DNA of 40,563 nt from a virus. Lineage: Duplodnaviria > Caudoviricetes. Positions 26,323-34,492 of the stretch are shown here, in pieces. Every line of letters begins with the position of its first letter. The first letter of the stretch is position 1. Below the pieces are notes generated by a model that was given only the letters and a program-made list of their open reading frames with translations, ran no database searches and had not been told where the DNA came from. Location of the stretch: IMG/VR virus record IMGVR_UViG_3300031965_000077, positions 1-40,563 of that record; one strand, written 5' to 3'. Made by a program: the position numbers and the translations under genes.

Positions 26323-26980
26323 AATGCTCCATCCTGCGGCACTCTTTGCATAGAGTCCTGCCATTATCCACATCCACAGCGAGTTCGGGAAACTCCGAGA
26401 ATTGCTTAATGTGATGCACTACCAAGCCCTCTCTATACCCACATGATACACACGCGTTGTTGTCCCTGTCTAGGACTTTCTTGCGCCACTCCCGATAGTC
26501 GGAACTTTTCCTTTTCTTCCATAATGTGTCGTGAATAAATGGGCGCATTTCTTCTATATAAACCTCCGGCGATACCCCGCGTCTTTCAGCCTGAACACCT
26601 ACCCCTCGGCAGTAGTAGGAACAGTACCTTCTCCCTGCGCGACTCTTGGGCACAAGAGACTTCCTGCCGCAAACCGAACACTTTATCTCCACACGGGACT
26701 TGCTCTTTTCTACACGGCATTCCTTGCTACAAAAGAACTCCCCCGTCAAATTCCTATCGACACACGACTTTTGCTTGGTTACTGGCCTACCACACCAGGC
26801 ACAGTGCGTATCCTCACTCTTATAGGCACGGACACAGGGGTAGGAACAAAACTTTGTTTCCTCCCACTGTGCCTGTGATAGCTTGGGGTTACGAACTACC
26901 TCATTACCACAGTTACGACAAGAAATGTGAGTGTCTTGTGCTACCTCAAGCTGAGTTTGGTGTAGTTTTACTTTTGCCAT
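26309..26980 (-). CDS. HNH homing endonuclease with three CxxC..FCSxxC zinc fingers
   Basis: YREWRKKVLDRD...C..C....VHHIK.......DVDNGRTLCKEC; probable start MAKVKL. Confidence 0.88.
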   Translation of the reverse strand: MAKVKLHQTQLEVAQDTHISCRNCGNEVVRNPKLSQAQWEETKFCSYPCVRAYKSEDTHCAWCGRPVTKQKSCVDRNLTGEFFCSKECRVEKSKSRVEIKCSVCGRKSLVPKSRAGRRYCSYYCRGVGVQAERRGVSPEVYIEEMRPFIHDTLWKKRKSSDYREWRKKVLDRDNNACVSCGYREGLVVHHIKQFSEFPELAVDVDNGRTLCKECRRMEHYGHC

Positions 26981-27185
26981 CCTCGAATACCTTTCCTCCC
27001 ATCGGATAATGCTCCTCACAAAAGAACTCCATCTTGCACTCAAGGTAAGTTTCCCCTGTGTTTGTGTTCATTACATCGTCCCCATGAAAACAGTGTGCAA
27101 CGACACGGCCCGACGATCCACCACATACTTTGCATGGCTCAATGGGACTACCGAAATTGCTTCCTGCATAACTGATTGGTGCCAT
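26946..27185 (-). CDS. Small Cys/His protein
   Basis: CKVC...FFCEEH, 79 aa, abuts TerS. Confidence 0.5.
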   Translation of the reverse strand: MAPISYAGSNFGSPIEPCKVCGGSSGRVVAHCFHGDDVMNTNTGETYLECKMEFFCEEHYPMGGKVFEDGKSKTTPNSA

Positions 27186-27587
27186 CTACTCATTCCCCCC
27201 ACTCACAAATTCAACACTCATCTCTCCACCTGCTATATTAACCTGCGTGTTTGGCTGGTTCTTCCCCACCCCAACCCTATCAAGTATCTCTTTAGCGGCC
27301 TCCATCTTGTTTCCCCGTTCTTCTAGTGCTTCTACGAACACTTCTGCCGCCCTATCGCTTCCCATTCGTAAGGTCTTGAGTGCTCGTTCGGGTATTTCGT
27401 CCATGTATTTATGCAGCCCGTACTTATTCATCCTAAGCCAAAGTGCTTGAGGCGATATATTTAATGCTTGTGCCGCGCCTTTCCTAGTCGTGTGCGTTAA
27501 AAGCGAGGTTAATGTCTCTTTTCCATCGGCGTCTAAAGATAAACCTTCATCAAGCACTTCCTCTGGTTGAGTGCTAGACTTGGGCAT
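27186..27587 (-). CDS. terS: Terminase small subunit (putative)
   Basis: HTH AAQALNISPQAL, AAKEILDRVG, TQVNI tail; upstream of TerL. Confidence 0.7.
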   Translation of the reverse strand: MPKSSTQPEEVLDEGLSLDADGKETLTSLLTHTTRKGAAQALNISPQALWLRMNKYGLHKYMDEIPERALKTLRMGSDRAAEVFVEALEERGNKMEAAKEILDRVGVGKNQPNTQVNIAGGEMSVEFVSGGNE

Positions 27588-27771
27588 TGGCTATTATCCC
27601 TTTAACTATATAAATCTGATCGTAGGTTCCGTCCTGGTTGTCCTCTTGCTCGATCTTTGTAACATCCCCCTGCACCACTAGAGTAACCTCATCGCCGAGG
27701 TTTAGTTCATTGGGTATTGTTATTTTAGAAGTGGAAATCTTAACAAGATGCTCATTGACTCTCTTGGGCAT
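27574..27771 (-). CDS. Hypothetical OB-fold-like small protein
   Basis: 65 aa; preceded by TTGCAC-N17-TATAAG-N6-ATG (27772..27806). Confidence 0.6.
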   Translation of the reverse strand: MPKRVNEHLVKISTSKITIPNELNLGDEVTLVVQGDVTKIEQEDNQDGTYDQIYIVKGIIANAQV

Positions 27772-27910
27772 GAGTAACTTATATCATCTCCTAAGACATT
27801 GTGCAATAACAGGCGCTCTGCATTGTCTAATGGGGTCCGGCCTAGAGGCTATCAAGTACCCCAGGATCGAAACTTCAGCAACTAACATTAGGAATAATAT
27901 CTTGATTACG

Positions 27911-28369
27911 TTAATTACCCCCTCTCAAGAGAAAAAAACCTGCTACCACCATAAGCCCCACCAGAATAAGCAAAGTTATACACCCAGCTATGAAGTCTTT
28001 TCGGCGTTCTTGTATTCGGCGGTCTACAGACTCTCTGTCAACTCCCCACCTTCTTCTTTCCGCTTCCAACCTCTCGGCAAATTCCTCGTCTCCGTCGTGG
28101 TTTGCAGCAGCCAGAACGGCTTTACCGTAGTCGCTAAGCTCTTCCTTCGGTTTTATACTATCTCTCTTATTCCTCTCAACAAGCCATTCCGAGTCTATCT
28201 GCCATTGGGGTTTTATACTATCTATTTTCTCCGCTATTGTGGGTACGCCCTTATACTCCAAAGTAGTTTCCCCAAAATCAACACCTTCCTTAAACCCCGC
28301 TTTCTCTAGCGCACGCTTCAGCTTCTTTAACGACGCCCATTTGTTTACAAGCCAAATCTTCTCAGTCAT
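27911..28369 (-). CDS. Hypothetical protein with C-terminal TM helix
   Basis: 152 aa; internal DSIKP duplication; hydrophobic C-terminus. Confidence 0.55.
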   Translation of the reverse strand: MTEKIWLVNKWASLKKLKRALEKAGFKEGVDFGETTLEYKGVPTIAEKIDSIKPQWQIDSEWLVERNKRDSIKPKEELSDYGKAVLAAANHDGDEEFAERLEAERRRWGVDRESVDRRIQERRKDFIAGCITLLILVGLMVVAGFFLLRGGN

Positions 28370-28587
28370 GTTTGTTTTCCTTCAGATAGGCTTTTTAGAT
28401 ATTCCTGTGTGGCTTGTCCCCCGTCCATATACTTATACCCCAGACTGTTCTCGGAAAAGTATATCTGTGCCTCATTTGACCATTTGTAACCCAACCCACT
28501 CATAAACCGACTTATATCGCTTGTCGTATGACCAGAAGGTACTGCGTTCATTTGTTCTTTGCTATTCAGGTATATCTTTTCAGTCAT
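28366..28587 (-). CDS. Hypothetical protein
   Basis: 73 aa, ATGA-coupled; shares MTEKI start with neighbour. Confidence 0.55.
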   Translation of the reverse strand: MTEKIYLNSKEQMNAVPSGHTTSDISRFMSGLGYKWSNEAQIYFSENSLGYKYMDGGQATQEYLKSLSEGKQT

Positions 28588-28644
28588 GTTAGTCTTTTAA
28601 TAATTTCCATATCCTAACCCTCCATAACGGGCTAGGGATAGAAA

Positions 28645-29046
28645 CTACTCGTTTACTCTTCCAGCTTCTAAGATTGGTAATCCCGCCTCTGTTGGCAAGT
28701 ATATTACTGTTTTGTCATTTAGATTGGTCTGCTGTCTAACCCACAAATATCTAATATACTGCTCGGTTAGAGTTCCCCCCTCAATCTTTATAGCTTCTGC
28801 CGCACCTTTTGCCCTCTCAACTTCAGATTGTGCATTTAGCTTCTCGGATTCAAGGTTGGCTTGTGCCTCCTCTATCTGGATTTGTCTGTTCCATGTAGCC
28901 TCAGCCAATTCAGCCCTACCCCTCATTTCTCGACTCCAGACACTGTATTGCGGCATTACCCACATAAGGAGTGCTACAAAAGCCACTACCAAGGCTGCTA
29001 TTAAAACCCAACCAAACCCATTTAAGTTACCGTATTCATCATTCAT
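28645..29046 (-). CDS. Membrane-anchored coiled-coil protein (Band7/SPFH C-terminal-like)
   Basis: TM, P.Y.VW....GRAELA, AEVERAKG.AEA, YLPTEAGLPILEA-type tail. Confidence 0.7.
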   Translation of the reverse strand: MNDEYGNLNGFGWVLIAALVVAFVALLMWVMPQYSVWSREMRGRAELAEATWNRQIQIEEAQANLESEKLNAQSEVERAKGAAEAIKIEGGTLTEQYIRYLWVRQQTNLNDKTVIYLPTEAGLPILEAGRVNE

Positions 29047-29132
29047 TTATAACACCCCCTTTTATTCTTTTAATTAGTTTCATGTTCTTTTTTCAGCCCC
29101 GTAAACATAATAAGTGTTTTCATATTCTTCTT

Positions 29133-29296
29133 GGAGGCTCTAGTGGGCTAGGGATTGAACCTAGCACGCCTTGGGGACGGTTACTCGAGTTTACCCCATA
29201 CCATTTGCAGTTTGTCGGCTCTAACCCGACACCAAGCTCCTTACTTTCTCCCGCTTGGCACTTGCGTCTGTACTTCCGCCACCACTAAAGCACTCC
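29133..29296 (-). ncRNA. tRNA-like RNA with ~98-nt multi-hairpin insert replacing anticodon/variable arms
   Basis: Acceptor TTAGTGG/CCACTAG, Leu-type TGGCGGAA..AGACGC D arm, T arm GCTAGG-TTCAATC-CCTAGC. Confidence 0.65.
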
Positions 29297-29456
29297 CAAG
29301 AGAGTTGTTGAGTGGTTTGAGGCGACCCAACAACCCTCGTAGCAATACTCTAGTCCTCAACCTTTTTCTCTTTGAGGCTTTTTAGGTAGGTTTCCACTAA
29401 TCGTAACTCAATAAGTATCTCAACCCCATTCTCCATTTCCCGTTGGTTAAACCAAG

Positions 29457-29669
29457 TCAAAAACCCGCCCTATCCTTTAAGTGCCTTTTATAGCCATCAA
29501 CAAATTCAATAACAGCTTCCCGTTCTCGTTGGTGGAGTAGGTTTTCTACATATTTCCATAAATCATCTATTGCCAAAGTTATTTCATTGTCGTGCTTGTA
29601 GGATAACTCTAGTGCCTTTTCTTCAAACCTTTTCCTTATTTCTTCTATTTCCTGTTTGTCTTGTTTCAT
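29457..29669 (-). CDS. Hypothetical small helical protein
   Basis: Start MKQDKQ, ATGA-coupled; REREAVIEF motif. Confidence 0.55.
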   Translation of the reverse strand: MKQDKQEIEEIRKRFEEKALELSYKHDNEITLAIDDLWKYVENLLHQREREAVIEFVDGYKRHLKDRAGF

Positions 29670-29860
29670 TGTTTTTTCCTTTTTCTCCATACCTCTCTGT
29701 AGACCTTCCAATCAAACTTTTTACACCTCACACCCCCACAGTAATAGCAAGACTCTTCCAACCTTTTCACGCCCTCAGCGCCAATAAATAAGAACGGAAA
29801 GTGGGGATCCACGAATATACCATCCGCAGATATTTCGCCCACGGTGATGTGGTCAGCCAT
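29666..29860 (-). CDS. Hypothetical protein
   Basis: Start MADHIT; CYYC..C. Confidence 0.5.
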   Translation of the reverse strand: MADHITVGEISADGIFVDPHFPFLFIGAEGVKRLEESCYYCGGVRCKKFDWKVYREVWRKRKKQ

Positions 29861-29862
29861 AC

Positions 29863-30081
29863 TCACCCCTTTTTCCTTTCCTGTAGGTAGGTTTCCAACA
29901 TTTCCCTCACGGTTTTTGCTACTACCCATTGGTTATCGTAAAAGTCCGCAAACCCCCGAAAAGCCCCCTCCACCACCCTGTCCTCACGGGATTGGAGTTC
30001 TTGTATTAAGTCCTCGCTGTCATGGTAGAGTTTATATGCGTGAACATGTTTACTAACGATTTCCTCTATAGACTTACTCAT
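29863..30081 (-). CDS. Hypothetical small helical protein
   Basis: Start MSKSIEE with AAGGAA RBS. Confidence 0.55.
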   Translation of the reverse strand: MSKSIEEIVSKHVHAYKLYHDSEDLIQELQSREDRVVEGAFRGFADFYDNQWVVAKTVREMLETYLQERKKG

Positions 30082-30337
30082 CGTTTCCTTCCGATAGTTT
30101 AATGGCTTCTTCCAACCTACCCTTAGTTGTCTTGTATGCCAAAAGCAACCCCTCCGCCTGTTTTCTCTTCCCGTTGCCAAAGAAGGAAGTTTTAAGGTTC
30201 TCGTTGGATAAGAGCTGTCTTTCCCAACTATCTATCATGTGGTTCAAGAACGAAAGCATCTGTTTCTCCACAGGCTCTTCCCAACTCATTTTAGGCATTA
30301 CATATGCAATTTTCCCCATATCCTTAGACTTACTCAT
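30074..30337 (-). CDS. Hypothetical protein
   Basis: 87 aa, start MSKSKD with identical RBS block. Confidence 0.55.
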   Translation of the reverse strand: MSKSKDMGKIAYVMPKMSWEEPVEKQMLSFLNHMIDSWERQLLSNENLKTSFFGNGKRKQAEGLLLAYKTTKGRLEEAIKLSEGNDE

Positions 30338-30506
30338 CGTTTCCTTTCATCAACGAACTTCTAATCTTCTTGCACCCGAAACACACCTGAGTGAGGGCGT
30401 CGTGAAAGGTCGAGTAAATTGCCTGTTGTGTATGCCTACCCTCACACTTCTGGATATGTTTTCTTACACCTTCTTGTGTCTCAATAAACTCGTAGGTAAA
30501 TGTCAT
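30330..30506 (-). CDS. 58-aa hypothetical protein (not in ORF track)
   Basis: MTFTYEFIETQEG...CFGCKK...GNDE; coupled at both ends. Confidence 0.55.
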   Translation of the reverse strand: MTFTYEFIETQEGVRKHIQKCEGRHTQQAIYSTFHDALTQVCFGCKKIRSSLMKGNDE

Positions 30507-31222
30507 CTTTTACTCTCTTTCAATACTTTTAGGTTCTTCAAATGCCCCAAACACCACTTGTCTAGTTTTTTATAGGTAGCAGCCCAAGCAGCCCAAGCAG
30601 CCCAAGCAGCAGCCTCAGCAGCCTCAGCAGCAGCCTCAGCAGCCCTAGCAGCAGCCCTAGCAGCAGCCTCAGCAGCAGCCTCAGCAGCCCTAGCAGCAGC
30701 CCTAGCAGCAGCCCTAGCAGCAGCCCTAGCAGCCCAAGCAGCAGCCTCAGCAGCCCAAGCAGCCTCAGCAGCCCTAGCAGCCCAAGCAGCAGCCTCAGCA
30801 GCAGCCTCTTGATTTTTCTTTGTTGGGTTTTTAGCGTATCTTTCGGCTGCTTCTATCGCCTCTCTTGGCCTTTTATCATTTGGGTATTCTTTTTCAAATT
30901 CTTTTAACACAAGACTTGCGGCGTAAATGGCAAATAACACACTGTCTGTTTTAGTCCAAGCGTAGGTTTTAACCACTCGCATTTCTTCCCAGACCTCTTT
31001 ATCTTCTTCTGATAAATGTTTTCCTTTAACCTCGACTTCGGCTAATATCTCACCTTGAACATAGGAAAACGCCTGATAAATACCCTTTGAGCAGTGAAAA
31101 CCCGCACTACAGAGTTCTAAATCTCCGTCAAATGTGCACCACTTGCCTAACCTCCATTTGTGGTTTCCGTTTTCTGACCTATTTCCTTCTCGTATGAACT
31201 TGTATCTTCTTTGTATGTTCAT
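30503..31222 (-). CDS. Phage protein with LC..GFH domain, Imm5-like helix pair and Ala-rich AAW/AAE/AAR repeats
   Basis: ELCSAGFHCS, YPNDKRPREAIEAA, repeat tract. Confidence 0.75.
   Translation of the reverse strand: MNIQRRYKFIREGNRSENGNHKWRLGKWCTFDGDLELCSAGFHCSKGIYQAFSYVQGEILAEVEVKGKHLSEEDKEVWEEMRVVKTYAWTKTDSVLFAIYAASLVLKEFEKEYPNDKRPREAIEAAERYAKNPTKKNQEAAAEAAAWAARAAEAAWAAEAAAWAARAAARAAARAAARAAEAAAEAAARAAARAAEAAAEAAEAAAWAAWAAWAATYKKLDKWCLGHLKNLKVLKESKR
30578..30808. repeat. Coding 9/12-bp tandem repeats (GCT)2-3-NNG
   Basis: gcagcccaa / gcagcctca / gcagcccta units. Confidence 0.95.
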
Positions 31223-31350
31223 TTTCTCCTCCACCATAAATAAGTAAGACCGCTAGGCTCCACGATTTCCCCACAAGTACTGCAATAAACCACTGTTCCG
31301 TAGTCCCTAGTCCTTATATCGTGTCCTAAAATCTTGCAGATAAGTTTCAC
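31219..31350 (-). CDS. 43-aa Zn-binding prophage-type protein (DUF1660-like; not in ORF track)
   Basis: GTG start, KLICKILGH...YCSTCGE. Confidence 0.55.
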   Translation of the reverse strand: MKLICKILGHDIRTRDYGTVVYCSTCGEIVEPSGLTYLWWRRK

Positions 31351-31364
31351 ATTTTTATATTACC

Positions 31365-31688
31365 TCATTTGTCAAGCTTGTCAAGGGCTAATTTTCTCTC
31401 CCTAGCCCTCATAAAATTATCTAAATCATCAGCCCCCCGTACGTCTAGCATACATTCCCCGCAGAGTTTATATCTCTCTCCCCCGTGCCTTAGTAAGTGA
31501 ACTTTTCTATGCATATGCTCAAACTGCTTCCACCGGCCTTCCAGAAACATCATCGACTTGCCTATACCAATGCCGCAGAAGTCGCAGGTGTTGGGCATTA
31601 TCCTTTTTAGAAGGTAGCTTCTGTGCTTTCTGCTATCCTTAGGCAGATTAGAAAATCTTTTACCTTTTGTGTTTATCTCCATTGTCAT
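31365..31688 (-). CDS. Zinc-finger protein
   Basis: CDFC...CGEC. Confidence 0.6.
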   Translation of the reverse strand: MTMEINTKGKRFSNLPKDSRKHRSYLLKRIMPNTCDFCGIGIGKSMMFLEGRWKQFEHMHRKVHLLRHGGERYKLCGECMLDVRGADDLDNFMRARERKLALDKLDK

Positions 31689-32101
31689 TCGGTCTTTGCT
31701 GTCAATGATGTAACTAAATCCCTATACTTATCCCTTATGCCTATAAGCTCCTCCGTCTGCCACTTGTGGGTTTGCTTCTTTCTGATCCACATTTCCTCGA
31801 CCTTTTTAAGCCCGTACTTCTTAATCATCCGGGGGGTGTACTCGTCCTTATTCCCGGACTTCATAACATTACATCCGTAACAAGCCGCGTGAACCGCCTC
31901 CTCGTCAAAGAGAATAGTTGCTCCCCTACCATCAACAAAATGAGAGGCTTGTAGCTTCCCAAACGGGTAAACCCTATCACAAGTGAAACATTTGCCTCTC
32001 TCTGCGGTTCCGGTAGTCGCTAGACAATCCCTCAATCTTATGTATTTACTAAACTCTGTCCAGGCGGCCTTTTTAAGCTGTGGTATAGTTCTTTTCCTCA
32101 T
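31685..32101 (-). CDS. ninG: NinG/Rap-like recombination endonuclease
   Basis: FSKYIRLRD, CFTC, QASHF, FDE....AC..CN...SGN...Y. Confidence 0.88.
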   Translation of the reverse strand: MRKRTIPQLKKAAWTEFSKYIRLRDCLATTGTAERGKCFTCDRVYPFGKLQASHFVDGRGATILFDEEAVHAACYGCNVMKSGNKDEYTPRMIKKYGLKKVEEMWIRKKQTHKWQTEELIGIRDKYRDLVTSLTAKTE

Positions 32102-32240
32102 AAGTAACCCCCTGGGCAGTCGTTTTGGTCAGAACCCCCGAAAACGGAGGAATTATCCAACCATACGTCCTGCCCTTGTGGGCTTTTGTCGAAGGCAGTC
32201 TGTTTAGTCTCTACCGCCAGGCAGATGGCCTTCCTAAAAC

Positions 32241-32367
32241 TCACAAATCTACAGTTCCGTTCTCTTTACACTTCCAGCATCTCCCTTTCTTATTAGTCGT
32301 ACTCTTTCCCAGTACCCTTACATTTAGGGCATACTGTCCTAAACCGAGTATTCTTTTCGAGCAACAT
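32241..32367 (-). pseudogene. Frameshifted DnaJ-type zinc-finger mini-gene
   Basis: CPKCKGTGK in one frame, CWKCKENG in the +1 frame; span 127 nt. Confidence 0.4.
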
Positions 32368-32596
32368 TATCATCTCCTATAACCCACTTAAAGGGCTTCT
32401 CGGACTGTGGCACATCCGTTAATTCCCAATCAACCGACCTATCTTTTTGGGGTATTGAAACTATCTGATAGCCCAATTCGCGCAATTCGCGCAGTCGGGT
32501 TGGAGCTTGTTTGATTCTCATCTCGTAAGTAGCCTCGTAGGAGTTCAACTTACCAACCTTTAACCTTTCGAGGATTCGCTGTTGTTGTGTTTTCAT
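32339..32596 (-). CDS. Winged-helix DNA-binding protein
   Basis: TQQQRILERLK....S.EA......A.TRLRELRELGYQI. Confidence 0.75.
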   Translation of the reverse strand: MKTQQQRILERLKVGKLNSYEATYEMRIKQAPTRLRELRELGYQIVSIPQKDRSVDWELTDVPQSEKPFKWVIGDDNVARKEYSV

Positions 32597-32910
32597 CAGT
32601 CCTTGCCCTCGTTTCTTTCGTCAGCTTCTTCTTTGGCGTCCATTACAAGCTCCATGTCGTGTTCATTATTGTACCCATCAAACGAGTTCAACATTGCGTC
32701 CATCTTGTCCCTGAACCCTTGAAAAATCTCTGCTAAATCTTCCTTGTACATCAATCCTTGATTCTTCCACTCTTTTAACCCGTCAAACCCAATCCCTACA
32801 ATCCTAAAGCAGTCAGCAAATCCCACAGTCCCGTCTTCCGCACCGTTCCTGTATATCTTGATGTCTTCGTCCTCGTAGATTAGATTTCCTTCCTTTGCTT
32901 TCCAGCTCAT
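32596..32910 (-). CDS. Hypothetical acidic protein
   Basis: Start MSWKAKE, ATGA-coupled. Confidence 0.55.
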   Translation of the reverse strand: MSWKAKEGNLIYEDEDIKIYRNGAEDGTVGFADCFRIVGIGFDGLKEWKNQGLMYKEDLAEIFQGFRDKMDAMLNSFDGYNNEHDMELVMDAKEEADERNEGKD

Positions 32911-33449
32911 TTGTATAAATTCTCCTCGTAACAAGGTGTCCCGTGAGCAAACCACGCGTTCCAAGTCTTTCCGGAAGCTTCAAACATTTGGTGAGCAACA
33001 TCCGTGTTCTTGTACGGATCAAGCATTGCAGTCAGCCCCCCTACTTCTGGCCAATGTTGAGAATTTATCTGGAATAGCCCGGCGTCTGCTCTCGCGCTCC
33101 AACCAACGGAGGGGTCATTTACGCCAAGTGCGTCTTCTTTCCAACCGCTCTCACATTGAACAATAGCTAGAGCCTCTTTACAGCGTTCTTCGAATTTCTT
33201 ACAAACATACTCTTTAATCGGCGTATCTACTGTAACGGGGTATTCTAGTGTTACTTGAACAATCGGTGTTAAAAGAGGTCTTTTCTCAACCCTAAACCAG
33301 CCGCTTTCTACATTTACTTGTAGATACGGAGGAATTATTTTGTTAGAATCGTACCAAGAGCTTACTGCCAAAAAAGCACCAAAGAGAGCACCACCTACTA
33401 TTAGAAACATGGCTCCTATTAAGACTTTTCGGCGGGGGCTCTTATTCAT
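32907..33449 (-). CDS. Membrane-anchored lytic transglycosylase (SLT/lysozyme-like)
   Basis: N-terminal TM; AIVQCESG, DAGLFQIN, DPYKN...A, W.AW. Confidence 0.85.
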   Translation of the reverse strand: MNKSPRRKVLIGAMFLIVGGALFGAFLAVSSWYDSNKIIPPYLQVNVESGWFRVEKRPLLTPIVQVTLEYPVTVDTPIKEYVCKKFEERCKEALAIVQCESGWKEDALGVNDPSVGWSARADAGLFQINSQHWPEVGGLTAMLDPYKNTDVAHQMFEASGKTWNAWFAHGTPCYEENLYK

Positions 33450-34492
33450 GCTTCCACCGTCAAAAGTTTATACTCGGATAATTCCATTGAGTGTTTCCAA
33501 GCAACAGCCCTATCTGCCAAATCCGTCATGCCAACCTCAAAGATAGTTGGGTCAACCCCCGAAACATAAACCCTTCCTGTACTCGGACAGATGTACCTAG
33601 AAAAATAGGCTTTAGGGTTTGACTCAAAGAGATTTTCTATTGAGTAGAGTTCGTTTCCTCTCTCGGATTTATCAATAAGTTTAGCGTCTAATTCTTCTAA
33701 AAGATTCTCCGCACCTCTTATTTTGAGAGCGACCATTCTTTGTTCCATATTCTCGATCTTTAGTATCTCTTTAGCCGTGATTGTTTTTGAGACTATTCTT
33801 TCCCAGAGGGCTTTCTTAAAATTAACCCCAAACAGATAATAAAATTCCTTGCCACCTTTCCACCTAATTGCGGGTGATTTTTCCGAGTGGTATCTATTTT
33901 CCACGTCAAGTAGGACTAGGGGTGTAGGGACAATATAGAGCGTGTCCTCCCATTCAACCCTGTACCCAGCACCAGCTTCTTTGCCTTGCATTAAAAGCTC
34001 ACAATATTCAAGATACTTCAAGTCGTTCTCGTTTGGTTTTATCCCACCATTTTTGTCGGGTTGCTCACAGTATTCAAATTCAAATACATACCAGTCAAAG
34101 TCGTAATCGATTGCACTCCCTGCACTCCCTGCACTCCTTGCACTCCCTGCACTCCCTGCACTCCTTGCACTCTCTGCACTCCATGCACTCCCTGCACTCC
34201 CTGCACTCCATGCACTCTCTGCACTCCCTGCACTCCATGCACTCTCTGCACTCCTTGCACTCCCTGCACTCCATGCACTCTCTGCACTCCATGCACTCTC
34301 CGCTACCTCGTCCCACTTCTTATCGAATATATCCTTGAACCATATAACTTTTTTGGGTCTTAGAAGCCCGAACAGGTCGTAGGTTTTCATAAGGCATTCC
34401 GTGGCAGTCTTTTTATCTAGCACAAAGCCAAGGCGTTCAATGTTCATGCACTGTCTGTCTATTAGCCTTTGGGTCGCAAGGGAGTAGTCCAT
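33446..34492 (-). CDS. DUF6745-like protein with internal SA[W/E/G/R] repeats
   Basis: [43 protein letters not shown]. Confidence 0.75.
   Translation of the reverse strand: MDYSLATQRLIDRQCMNIERLGFVLDKKTATECLMKTYDLFGLLRPKKVIWFKDIFDKKWDEVAESAWSAESAWSAGSARSAESAWSAGSAESAWSAGSAGSAWSAESARSAGSAGSARSAGSAGSAIDYDFDWYVFEFEYCEQPDKNGGIKPNENDLKYLEYCELLMQGKEAGAGYRVEWEDTLYIVPTPLVLLDVENRYHSEKSPAIRWKGGKEFYYLFGVNFKKALWERIVSKTITAKEILKIENMEQRMVALKIRGAENLLEELDAKLIDKSERGNELYSIENLFESNPKAYFSRYICPSTGRVYVSGVDPTIFEVGMTDLADRAVAWKHSMELSEYKLLTVEA
34112..34300. repeat. 21 x 9-bp coding tandem repeat
   Basis: tgcactc+cc/ct/tc/ca units. Confidence 0.97.

Noticed and set aside
29140-29288. Canonical tRNA-Leu gene
   Set aside because: No 5-bp/7-nt anticodon arm, a 98-nt insert and a 6-bp T stem; reported as tRNA-like ncRNA instead
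34112-34300. Tandem repeats as a CRISPR array (also 30578..30808)
   Set aside because: Units are 9-12 bp, have no spacers and are in-frame coding; no cas genes
34095-34316. Cys-rich ECRECME ORF (metallothionein-like) and the VQG, LHS and CTP repeat ORFs
   Set aside because: Shadow frames of the stop-free 9-bp repeat inside the DUF6745-like gene; no independent start signals
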